A DNA stretch of 64,000 nt from Candidatus Cloacimonadales bacterium (lineage in GTDB: Bacteria; Cloacimonadota; Cloacimonadia; Cloacimonadales; JAIOQZ01). Of this stretch, positions 1-8,688 are shown piece after piece. The stretch spans positions 608,001 through 672,000 of the forward strand of contig OY771587.1 of the NCBI GenBank assembly GCA_963674825.1, given 5' to 3'. Under the pieces are notes generated by a model. That model was not told where the DNA came from, did not search any database, and saw only the letters and a list, made by a program, of their open reading frames with translations. Numbering within the stretch: position 1 is the first letter of the stretch; every line of letters starts with the position of its first letter. Made by a program: the position numbers and the translations under genes.

Positions 1-729
1 CTTGAGGACCTGCGCGACAACGTTACTCACGCTGTCCATGGCCTCCTGACGCATTTTGTCGGTTGTCTTCACATCTTCTACAATGTTGGATGTAAGAACT
101 TGATCCAGTATTTCGATGACCGCACGTTGCTGAACGAGATTGCGAATCTTCTGTGCGATCTTTTCCTTGGCCTCGCTCAGCGAGTAGAGTTTGCGGAGCG
201 TGTAGTTCTTCACCTCGTTATTACGTAGTAACTCGATGGTTTCTTCAGGGTAGTCATCTGAGTATATACCGATCTTGAGTGCTCGATGGATGTGATTGGT
301 GAGGAAATTCATCAGCGAAGAGCGATTGAGCTGCGATTCGAGATATGTGATCGAATCGAGCGACAATGCGTAGCCGTCTTCAGCAAGTTGCGTCTGGACT
401 TCCTCGGCTGACTTTTTGCCGTCGAAGATCTCGTTTAGGAGCACAAAAACCGAATCGAGTTTCTTCAGGATATCGAAATTGGTACGTTCGTCGATGTGAT
501 AGATTTGCTTGACGTTGCTCGAAGCTGCTTCGCGTTCCGCTCTGAGCTGGGCTTCATCTTTGTAAACGGTATAGGAAAAGGGCGCGATGATATCCCGATC
601 GGCGACCTGGCCGATGCGGATATCACGGAACATGGAAACGGATTCTCCCGGCTTGAACAGCAGATACATTGCCGATAACAGGCATGCAACACCGAGAATA
701 AGGAGAATCTGTATTTGAGCTTTCTTCAT
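1..729 (-). CDS. 7TM-HD (HDIG) membrane phosphohydrolase, PgpH/YqfF-like, N-terminal part (runs off window start)
   Basis: Not in the ORF track; translated by hand from ATG at 729: MKKAQIQILLILGVACLLSAMYLLF...IRIGQVADRDIIAPFSYTVYKDEAQLRAEREAASSNVKQIY..., open to base 1. N-terminal TM plus GxVAxxDIxAPF motif typical of the 7TMR-HDED extracellular domain. The HD domain itself lies outside the window. Confidence 0.7.
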   Translation of the reverse strand, partial: MKKAQIQILLILGVACLLSAMYLLFKPGESVSMFRDIRIGQVADRDIIAPFSYTVYKDEAQLRAEREAASSNVKQIYHIDERTNFDILKKLDSVFVLLNEIFDGKKSAEEVQTQLAEDGYALSLDSITYLESQLNRSSLMNFLTNHIHRALKIGIYSDDYPEETIELLRNNEVKNYTLRKLYSLSEAKEKIAQKIRNLVQQRAVIEILDQVLTSNIVEDVKTTDKMRQEAMDSVSNVVAQVLK

Positions 730-730
730 A

Positions 731-768
731 AAAAGAAAAAGGGAGCCTCCCAACATTGGAGAGGCTCT
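731..768 (-). terminator. Rho-independent terminator of the LysM operon
   Basis: Stem GAGCCTC..CCAA/TTGG..GAGGCTC followed on the minus strand by TTTTTCTTTTT. Confidence 0.7.
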
Positions 769-793
769 CTCAATATCTTTGTTACATGATCGT

Positions 794-1675
794 TTAGCGA
801 GGAATCGAGAAGACCTGATTCGGGTAGATCAGGTTCGGATCTTTGATCTTGTCCTGGTTTTCACGGTAGATGCGCGGCCATTCGCTGCCTTTGCCGTAAA
901 TCTCGGGATAAGAAGCGATCTTCCAGAGGCTCTCGCCTTTCCAGACCTTCCAGTCGTACGGCTTGCCGCGCGGGATGTTAAGGATCTGGTCTGCGTAGAT
1001 CACGTTCGGGTCTTTGATTCTGTCGCGGTTTGCGCGATAGATGATACCCCATTTGGAGGCATCGTTGTAGATGAAGCTGTAGCCGGAGATCTTCGCAAGG
1101 CTGTCACCGGTTTTGACGGTGTATTCGTCTTCGAAGTATTTCGGCTTGGCGCGCTCGAGGTTGGCTTCCAGACCGGCAATGCGATTGTCCAGGTCGGAGA
1201 ATTCGTTACGAAGGTCGGGCATCTTGCCGAACTTGGAGGCGCGATACTCGTTGTACTCGGTAACCATTTCCTTGATTGCGCTCTTGGCTTCCCACAGCTG
1301 AGAATCAGACAGCTGATCCCAGTTGTCGATCTTGGAGCCGTAGTAGCTGATTTTACGACGGATCTGCGGAAGGTCCGCTGCGCTCACGCCGAGATAATCA
1401 TAGATTTCCTGCTTTACATTCTGGTATTCGGTGTCTTTCGCTGAAATCTGTGCTTGCAGTCCGGCGATGTCGTTTTCATAACCTTCCGCGCGTGCAACGG
1501 CATCAGCCTTGCGCTGTTGAAGGGTTTCCATTTCCTTTACCAGATTATCATTGTACGCCTGGCGTTCTTTGCTGGAAAGCTCTTTGTACTCTTCTTCACT
1601 CAAGTAGGTGAATTCAGCGAAAAGCATCGGAGCCAGCATGCAAAATACGAATATTGTGAGTATGTACTTTTTCAT
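794..1675 (-). CDS. Secreted coiled-coil protein with two C-terminal LysM peptidoglycan-binding domains
   Basis: Signal peptide, heptad-rich middle, two repeats YTVKTGDSLAKIS...WGIIYRANRDRIKDPNVIY / WKVWKGESLWKIA...WPRIYRENQDKIKDPNLIYP; SD GGAGG. Confidence 0.9.
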   Translation of the reverse strand: MKKYILTIFVFCMLAPMLFAEFTYLSEEEYKELSSKERQAYNDNLVKEMETLQQRKADAVARAEGYENDIAGLQAQISAKDTEYQNVKQEIYDYLGVSAADLPQIRRKISYYGSKIDNWDQLSDSQLWEAKSAIKEMVTEYNEYRASKFGKMPDLRNEFSDLDNRIAGLEANLERAKPKYFEDEYTVKTGDSLAKISGYSFIYNDASKWGIIYRANRDRIKDPNVIYADQILNIPRGKPYDWKVWKGESLWKIASYPEIYGKGSEWPRIYRENQDKIKDPNLIYPNQVFSIPR

Positions 1676-1687
1676 GTCGTCCCTCCT

Positions 1688-1942
1688 TTAATTTCCTTCC
1701 GCCTTGAGTTCTTGCTGATATTCCTTCATGCTGTCCAGTTCGGACGTCTTGGTTGCAAGCTCATCACGAAGTGAATTTCTCTGCTTCTCAAGTTGAGTCG
1801 CTCTTGCTTCCGCATCCTGCGCTTCCTGTACGGCAGTCCCATATTGGTCCTGCGTAACGGGCGGCGGTGGAGCTGCACAGGCGGAAAGCAACAACGTAAG
1901 CATTAATACGGCAATCATTGCTACGGTAATTGTACGAACCAT
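1688..1942 (-). CDS. Small coiled-coil lipoprotein
   Basis: Lipobox LSAC, PPPP linker, coiled coil; SD AGGAG before ATG 1942; 12 bp from the LysM gene. Confidence 0.75.
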   Translation of the reverse strand: MVRTITVAMIAVLMLTLLLSACAAPPPPVTQDQYGTAVQEAQDAEARATQLEKQRNSLRDELATKTSELDSMKEYQQELKAEGN

Positions 1943-2213
1943 GTTCACCACTCCTTTGTTGTATTATTCGTTTCGACAATTCAATCATTTTCATCTTTGC
2001 TGTCAAGCGAAACCTATCAAGATTGATCACATTGTTTTTAACGTATTCACAAGGCCATCGTTTCACCCTCGATTTTTCCAAACCGCCTACACATCCCTAT
2101 CGCATTCAGAACTGAACGATCATTCATATTATGAGTTGTGTTCATTTTTCCTTTACAATTTTCGATCCCAACCAACTATTTGACGCTGTAAATTACATTA
2201 TACTGGAGGATTA

Positions 2214-3521
2214 ATGCGTATTAATAACCGTGCCTTTTGGACTGTAATGATCTCTTTGATCACAATTGCGGCGCTCTCCGCAAACGGGCTCAGCCTCAAC
2301 AGCGTTGGAGCGCGGCCTTTCGGTATGGGTGGAACCGGTGTTTCGCTCAACGACGACGTAACTGCCATTCACTGGAATCCCTCCGGCCTCGCCGGACAGG
2401 GCACCAAGCTCAGCCTCGGTATCACCGACATCATGCTGCTCGGAGATTACCAGTATAAAAACGATAGCTATATGATCGATGTGGATGGAACCACAGAAAC
2501 CAACCACTATCTGAATCCGAATATCTTCTTCAATTACGGAATGGACCGGATGTCACTTGGTCTCGGTATCTACGGAATCGCCGGTATCGGCGCTGAGTGG
2601 AACGGAGACGACCTCGCTGATTTCAACGGTCCCGACCAGTATCCCGATGGTAACGGTGGTTACTACACCAACCTCGTCGCCGGCAAAAAGTTCCAGTGGG
2701 AAAGTATGCTCGGTGTGATGAACATTTCTCCCGCGTTTGCATACAAGATCAACGAGAGATTCTCCGTCGGCGTCGCCGGTTGTATCTACTGGGGAACCAT
2801 GACCATGGATCGCGGTGAGGACATGATTAATAACTACTCAGGTGTTGGTGGCAGCGACGGTATGATCGATACCCAGTATTCAGACGACCTTGAAGGAATT
2901 GGCTACGGCGCCGCATTCGGCGTGACCCTCACCCCGATGGACGACTTCAACGTCGGCCTTACTTACAAGACCCCGGTGAAAGTCAAATTCGAAGGCGACG
3001 GCACCATGAACACCCTTGGCAACAAGACCGATGTCGATGTCGAGCGAGAAATTACATGGCCGATGTGGATTGGTCTTGGTACATCCTACAAGATCATGGA
3101 TGACCTGTTATTCGCATTTGACCTTCAGTACACAAACTGGGCAGAGATCGACACTCTCGAGACAACCCTTACCATTGGTGGTCAGGATATGACCGAAAAA
3201 ACTCCGATGGAATGGGAAGACTGCATCCAGATCCGCTTCGGTGCCGAATACACCATCAACGAGATGTTCAAAGCGCGCCTCGGCTACTACTACGACCCGG
3301 CTCCTGCTCCGGATGAGACAGCAACCATTCTTTTCCCGTCCGCTACCTACAACGGCGTTACCTGCGGTTTCGGTTACACGATGGGGAAATTCAGTGCGGA
3401 CTTCGGTCTCGAATACCTCATGGGCGATGAGCGCGATATTGATTCTTCCGGCCACAACAACCCCGGAACTCAGCAATTCGATATCTTCAGTTACACGCTT
3501 GGTGTAGGATATCAGTTCTAA
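2214..3521 (+). CDS. OmpP1/FadL family outer-membrane transporter
   Basis: NGLSLNSVGARPFGMGG...AIHWNPSGL hatch motif, PAP(D) motif, C-terminal YQF beta-signal; SD GGAGG. Confidence 0.9.
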   Translation: MRINNRAFWTVMISLITIAALSANGLSLNSVGARPFGMGGTGVSLNDDVTAIHWNPSGLAGQGTKLSLGITDIMLLGDYQYKNDSYMIDVDGTTETNHYLNPNIFFNYGMDRMSLGLGIYGIAGIGAEWNGDDLADFNGPDQYPDGNGGYYTNLVAGKKFQWESMLGVMNISPAFAYKINERFSVGVAGCIYWGTMTMDRGEDMINNYSGVGGSDGMIDTQYSDDLEGIGYGAAFGVTLTPMDDFNVGLTYKTPVKVKFEGDGTMNTLGNKTDVDVEREITWPMWIGLGTSYKIMDDLLFAFDLQYTNWAEIDTLETTLTIGGQDMTEKTPMEWEDCIQIRFGAEYTINEMFKARLGYYYDPAPAPDETATILFPSATYNGVTCGFGYTMGKFSADFGLEYLMGDERDIDSSGHNNPGTQQFDIFSYTLGVGYQF

Positions 3522-3551
3522 TTGATTCTGCGTAGTACGTAAGGATTTGTG

Positions 3552-3575
3552 GGCTCTCGGAAACGGGAGCCTTTT
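3552..3575 (+). terminator. Rho-independent terminator after FadL-like gene
   Basis: GGCTCTCG-GAAA-CGGGAGCC then TTTT. Confidence 0.75.
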
Positions 3576-3815
3576 AAATTGATAGTGAACAATGGATAAT
3601 GAATAATGAGGAGACAATCGCTTCCGGTAGATCGCACATGGAATGGAGTAGTATAGCCTTGTTCTGAATCAATCATACTAGCCTTTACCCAGAGACGCTT
3701 TTCCCAATCTCTCCCATTGTTATCACTCTGTTCTACAAACCGTTACCGGCAGATTGATACTCTTACCAATCTCTCAATTATTCAATATCCACTTTCAATT
3801 ATCAATTATCAATTG
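3576..3815. repeat. Inverted pair of imperfect 7-mer arrays (TAATTGA-like) enclosing about 160 bp
   Basis: Left: aaattga tagtgaa caatgga taatgaa taatgag (3576-3610). Right: tcaatta ttcaata tccactt tcaatta tcaatta tcaattg (3774-3815), the reverse complement of the same consensus. Confidence 0.7.
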
Positions 3816-5885
3816 ATTTAGGTTGTTCATCGCTTCCTGGTAGTCCGGCGCGATTCGGAGGGCTTCGACAAAGCACTGCCTCGCCTGATCACGTTGTCCT
3901 AACTGGAACAGGATCACTCCCATGTTGTTCAGTGCATCTACCGAATACGAGTGCAGTTCGTATACTTTCTGGAAGCTGATCAGCGCCATACGTATATCAC
4001 CACGGTGAAATGCGATCTCACCCAGCCCAAGCACCGACCGAAAATCATCCGGTTTGATCATCAACGCCTGCTGGTAACATTGCTCCGCCATGTCGAGCTG
4101 ACCATTCTGCTTGAAGAGATCACCCTGAAGCCGCGAAATCGTCGCCTTATCCAGATCGGAGCGCGCATCGTAGCGTTGGAGGAATTCCACGCGGTTCGCA
4201 GTTTCCGAATAACGCAGCAGGAGCTCGTTGTCAGGAATCCTCTTCAGATGTTCAACATCGCCCGTGCGCAACCAGCGATCGATAGACACCTCTCGCCAAA
4301 CGGCTTCGTTTCTTCTGTATATGGGAATAACCTCGACCTTCATCCCCACCTTGATCTCGACCTGATGAATTGCCGTGTACGAAACCGGAAGCATGGCTTG
4401 CAGCTTCTGCATGGACCAGTCGTCCCGCGCGGTAATGCCCTGCATGAAGACAACCCACACCGGTGGTTCTTCGTGCAGTTTGTTCATCATGACGTCCATC
4501 ATCGGCTGTTTCATGATTGTACCAGCAGGATAGATATGGGTAAAGCGTATATCCGGGATCTTCACACCCGCGTAGAGGTAGAGGCTCGGGATATTCCCCC
4601 ACACCAGCATGGTGTCGTCGTTTCCTGCGTGCTGACGGATGTATTCGCCGATCGGCTTCGCAGCCGCGAAATAGCCGTTGAAGCGGTCGTTGTAATTTGC
4701 CAGCCGGTAGCGTTCTTCTTTTTGCATGCTCCGTGCGACAATCACGACCATCGTCACAATCTGCCACAATACCGCGACTGCCAACGCTATAAACGCCGGA
4801 TGATGCCAGTCGAGCGCCATAAAGACCTTCATCATGCCCATCGCAGAGAGCAGCGCTACCGGAGCCCACACCATCAGGTATCGGCTGGGCAGGTGCGTCT
4901 TCTGCACTATAATAAGCAGCCACAGAACCAGCGTGGAAGAAAACAGCGCGATGGAAAGCCAGTCGCAAGTAGCAATGCCCAAGACGATCTCGGTGAGTGC
5001 TAACAGAAGCACGACCGGGATAGTTTTCAGCACGGGAACGACCATCTTTCTCATCTGATCGAGCTGCTGTTGGAAGGTTATCTGCATGATTCCGGAAACG
5101 TAGTCTGCGCCCATGCGATGGTCATCAGTAACGGTCCAGCTTACCAGCTTACCCAGCCATCTGGGACATGTTGCGCCACCGCAATAGCCAGCGATCAGTC
5201 GGACAAAGAAGCCGATCGTCTCCTTGATGTAGATCATCTTCACGCGAACCGAGATAAATAATATCGGCAGCGCGTAGAGCAGCACAAATCCAACCCAGAA
5301 TGCTCCGAAAGCAATTAGCGACATCATGAAGATCGACACAACCAGGCTGATCAGAAAAGCCGGCACCAGCGCGATGATTTTGATTTGCATCGCCCATGCG
5401 GAGAAGAGCCCGGACACTATCAGCAACCAGAGATTATTGGTCTGCACCGCGGCGATGGCAAACATAGTACTTACGATCACGGGAAGGATCAGAAACACCT
5501 CGCCGTAGGTGACTGCCGCACGGGAATCCGGCAGCAGAAACATGAACAGAAATGCAACACCCGTGATGCCTGCGGTGATGGGATTGCCGGTGAGTTGCCA
5601 GCTCAAGGCGTAAAACAGCGCGACGGTCAGCGCATACCAGAATGCCTTGATAACGTAAAGCTTGCTGACCTCTTTCCCGGGGAACATTGCGCACAGAGCG
5701 CGGAAAAATCCTTGTATCTTAAAGAATCCGCCACCAGCCATCTTGCGGACATACCAGTCCATGTCCAGATGCTTGAACATCGCGAAATAAAACCAGTTGC
5801 CGTCGTCGCAGTAGAGCGGCTTGTGGCGCATGGGAAGCAGCAAAATGAAGGAGATCAGAAACAGGATGATGCCAGCAATGATCAT
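3795..5885 (-). CDS. Multi-TM GT-C fold glycosyltransferase (ArnT/PMT-like) with C-terminal TPR repeats
   Basis: PLYCDDGNWFY acidic motif after TM1, about 10-12 hydrophobic segments, soluble domain (DDTMLVWGNIPSLYLYAG), then TPRs (AEQCYQQALMIKPDD, ALNNMGVILFQLG, EALRIAPDYQEAMNNL). Confidence 0.7.
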   Translation of the reverse strand: MIIAGIILFLISFILLLPMRHKPLYCDDGNWFYFAMFKHLDMDWYVRKMAGGGFFKIQGFFRALCAMFPGKEVSKLYVIKAFWYALTVALFYALSWQLTGNPITAGITGVAFLFMFLLPDSRAAVTYGEVFLILPVIVSTMFAIAAVQTNNLWLLIVSGLFSAWAMQIKIIALVPAFLISLVVSIFMMSLIAFGAFWVGFVLLYALPILFISVRVKMIYIKETIGFFVRLIAGYCGGATCPRWLGKLVSWTVTDDHRMGADYVSGIMQITFQQQLDQMRKMVVPVLKTIPVVLLLALTEIVLGIATCDWLSIALFSSTLVLWLLIIVQKTHLPSRYLMVWAPVALLSAMGMMKVFMALDWHHPAFIALAVAVLWQIVTMVVIVARSMQKEERYRLANYNDRFNGYFAAAKPIGEYIRQHAGNDDTMLVWGNIPSLYLYAGVKIPDIRFTHIYPAGTIMKQPMMDVMMNKLHEEPPVWVVFMQGITARDDWSMQKLQAMLPVSYTAIHQVEIKVGMKVEVIPIYRRNEAVWREVSIDRWLRTGDVEHLKRIPDNELLLRYSETANRVEFLQRYDARSDLDKATISRLQGDLFKQNGQLDMAEQCYQQALMIKPDDFRSVLGLGEIAFHRGDIRMALISFQKVYELHSYSVDALNNMGVILFQLGQRDQARQCFVEALRIAPDYQEAMNNLNQLIIDN

Positions 5886-7069
5886 TGCTTCCTCCGAATC
5901 TTATCCACGAAACGATCGATGCATTTCACGGCGTAATTCTCGTGGTACCACTGCGAGCCCTGCCGGCCCCAATCCCGCATCTGATCCGGGTTGTGCAACC
6001 ACGATTCCAGCGCGGAGGTGATGTCCTCTACTGTGTGTGCCTGTAGCCATGGGTAGTCGGTCACGCCCGGAATCTGCTTTGTGCCCGGCTTGACGTAGTG
6101 GATGAGTGGTTTGCCCATGGCAAGCGCTTCATATACGGTTCCACCGCCAGGATGCCCGGTAACGAATTGACCGGTCCCGATATCGCAGAGCGAAAGCGCG
6201 ACCATGATCTCCTTGCGCGGCATCAGCTCGAACCAGTGAATGTTGTCCGCAACGCCAAGTTCAGCAGCCAGCTTCCGGCTATTGGGAGCATCGACGCCGT
6301 AATCGAAGGTAATCATTCCGCATCGCAGGTCGGGGTGCTTTTTGCTGAAGGCGGCAAAGGCGCGAATTAGCCGGTCGTTGCCCTTGTTGGACGCGGGATC
6401 GACCCACGTTTTCCAGATGTGCCGCGAGTTGTGCAGGATCAAGAGGTCATATTGCTCGCGTACTTTCATAAACTGCTCGTAGTACAGCGACTGTCCGTAA
6501 TGTTCTGCGATCCGGTCGCAGGAGAACACGCTATCGTAGATGAATGGATTATGGATGAAGTCGATCTTGTCGGCGATTCCGAGCTTGCGGATCATCTTCT
6601 GGTTGAAAGCCGGCACCGGATGCCAGTTGATACTGACCGCGTTCTGGATACCCTTTTTCTGCGCGATGTGGAAGGGCAGATTGAGGATGTTCATCGTGGT
6701 ATCAACCGGGGATTTCCGCCACACGAACGGCAATAGATACATATCGTCACCATGCGGAGAGATCAGGTCGACACGCCTTCCGGCCTTGTGGATAAACGCC
6801 GGCGCCGTATTGCAGGCGATTAGAAAGTCGTAGGGATCGAGGTCGCTGGCAATCTGCTTCGCCGATACCCGCTGATAAAAATACTGGATCCCCCAGTTGA
6901 GCTGGCGCGTGTAGGCCTGATAGCTCAAATCGAAGCTATCGTATGACGGATGAAAGTGCGGCGACTCGTACTGCAACAAGAGCAGCTCCGCGTCGATCCC
7001 TCGATCACGCAGGTACCTGACCAGCGTGAAGAAATTATTGTTCATGTTACCGATGCATGCGACTTTCAT
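5882..7069 (-). CDS. Glycosyltransferase (GT-B, family 4-like)
   Basis: KGNDRLIRAF and GGTVYEALAMGKPLI GT4 C-terminal signature; ATGA overlap with the downstream gene. Confidence 0.8.
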   Translation of the reverse strand: MKVACIGNMNNNFFTLVRYLRDRGIDAELLLLQYESPHFHPSYDSFDLSYQAYTRQLNWGIQYFYQRVSAKQIASDLDPYDFLIACNTAPAFIHKAGRRVDLISPHGDDMYLLPFVWRKSPVDTTMNILNLPFHIAQKKGIQNAVSINWHPVPAFNQKMIRKLGIADKIDFIHNPFIYDSVFSCDRIAEHYGQSLYYEQFMKVREQYDLLILHNSRHIWKTWVDPASNKGNDRLIRAFAAFSKKHPDLRCGMITFDYGVDAPNSRKLAAELGVADNIHWFELMPRKEIMVALSLCDIGTGQFVTGHPGGGTVYEALAMGKPLIHYVKPGTKQIPGVTDYPWLQAHTVEDITSALESWLHNPDQMRDWGRQGSQWYHENYAVKCIDRFVDKIRRKQ

Positions 7070-7111
7070 TACTCAATACCTTTTATCCATTCAGCCTAGA
7101 AATACACACCT

Positions 7112-7282
7112 ATAGCCAGAAATCGATCACTCCGCCCGAAAGATTCGTTCGATCGCGAGCGTAGCTGTGGTGTTCCGCGACTTAAATCCGTGTTCGATAG
7201 CCAGAAAGTCGCGGTATATCCACTGCGGAGCGAGAGATCGGGCGAAGATACGGACGGATGACATAGAAGTCTCCTGCCCTAC
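7112..7282. repeat. Intergenic nested palindrome and GTAG-type REP-like hairpin
   Basis: CCGCGACTT(7175)/AAGTCGCGG(7206), CGCCCGA(7133)/TCGGGCG(7238), direct repeat ATAGCCAGAAA x2; minus-strand GTAG-GGCAGGAGAC..GTCATCCGTCC. Confidence 0.4.
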
Positions 7283-8688
7283 ACCATCCTCTTCAGGAAG
7301 TTCACAAAATCACCCGTCAGCAGCAGGAAGAAGCGCTTCCAGCCGATCTTGGTGTAACCACAGGCCAATTCCCGTACGAAGTTAACCAATTCCAGCACCT
7401 TTGAAATCTTGGCCGCGAAATCCGCCGCGTCGTGCGAGCGATAGATACACGGCAGAAGCATACCTTTTTTGAAGCGGTCGTTGTGGATAAGCGTCTGGAT
7501 CATCCCAAGGTAACTTTCAAGGTCGATCTGCTCCATCTGATGGCAGTCCTGCCAGATCTGCTCGCCGATTGGAGTCCCGAGAAGAGGTGCGTAGAGCCTG
7601 AAGTGAACCGACAGATTACGGTGTCGAATAAGAAGCGGAATCACCCGTTTAAGCTCCTCTTTTACATACTTGCGGTCCAGCGGACGATCATGAGAGGCAG
7701 TCAGGCCCAGCATGACATTTCCCGCAAACATGATGTTGTGCTGCTTTCCGTAGGCGACCATATCTTCCAGATGCTCCATGGAGTAATCCTTGTGGATGCG
7801 CTTTCGTTCTTCGGCGTCAAGCGCTTCCAATCCGAAGAAAATTCGCTTTACGCCCGCAGCAGCTAACAGGTCGATATGCTCTATACTCATGTCGCGAACC
7901 ATCACGTCGATGAAATTCGCCAACTTCAGATCGGTGCGGTTCGCCATCAGACGCAGTACTTCTTTTCCGTACTCCTCGTCCACGAATATATTATGATCCT
8001 TGGGCAGGATAACCTCGACCCCCAGTTCGTTCACCAGGAAATCAAGCTCCTCTTTGACCCGATCCAGCGTCTTGATCATGCCGCCACCATACTTCGCCCA
8101 GCAATGGTTGAAGCAGAAGCGGCACTTGTTGTTGCAGTGATATGAAAAATAGTACGTGGTGATGACCACGCCCTTGAGGTCGACCACGTACATGGTGGCA
8201 CGATCCTTCACGAAGCTCATTCCGCGTTCCAGAGAAAAATCCTGCGGTAGCACGTCCGGGTGATGCACGGTTATAACACGATCTGACTCGGGCAACTTGT
8301 CCCATCCATCGAACGCCCACGGATAACCGATCAGAATATGGTCGAACATCTTTTTCGGCTCGAAAAGCTGCGGCGAGAGCGTTGGAAGGTAGCCGCCCAC
8401 CACAATGCGCATGTTCGGTCGGACTCGTTTGAGAATCTCCGCGCATTTCAGCAGCAGGAAAGTGTTCTCCGGTCGTATCCACTCCTGTTGCCATAGAATC
8501 GCGACAGTATCGTCACCGACATCGTCGAAACCTTGTAGCACGAAGTCATGATAGTGTTTCTTCTCGGAGATTTTGACGATGCGAATATTCTCGGTAGAAA
8601 ACCGTGTGCTGAGGAAATCAGCCGTGTAGAGCATCGTCTCCGGCAGGATCGACATGCCGGTAAGGTCGATCAAAAGATAATCAAGCAT
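7279..8688 (-). CDS. B12-binding domain radical SAM protein (class B methylase-like)
   Basis: CNNKCRFC (CxxxCxxC), N-terminal RPNMRIVVGGYLPTL cobalamin-domain motif, FFGLEA. Confidence 0.85.
   Translation of the reverse strand: MLDYLLIDLTGMSILPETMLYTADFLSTRFSTENIRIVKISEKKHYHDFVLQGFDDVGDDTVAILWQQEWIRPENTFLLLKCAEILKRVRPNMRIVVGGYLPTLSPQLFEPKKMFDHILIGYPWAFDGWDKLPESDRVITVHHPDVLPQDFSLERGMSFVKDRATMYVVDLKGVVITTYYFSYHCNNKCRFCFNHCWAKYGGGMIKTLDRVKEELDFLVNELGVEVILPKDHNIFVDEEYGKEVLRLMANRTDLKLANFIDVMVRDMSIEHIDLLAAAGVKRIFFGLEALDAEERKRIHKDYSMEHLEDMVAYGKQHNIMFAGNVMLGLTASHDRPLDRKYVKEELKRVIPLLIRHRNLSVHFRLYAPLLGTPIGEQIWQDCHQMEQIDLESYLGMIQTLIHNDRFKKGMLLPCIYRSHDAADFAAKISKVLELVNFVRELACGYTKIGWKRFFLLLTGDFVNFLKRMV

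Noticed and set aside
7096..7281. Possible amber read-through of the radical SAM stop (frame stays open for about 60 codons)
   Set aside because: The extension is Ser/Arg-rich, repeat-derived and not protein-like; no pyl genes seen
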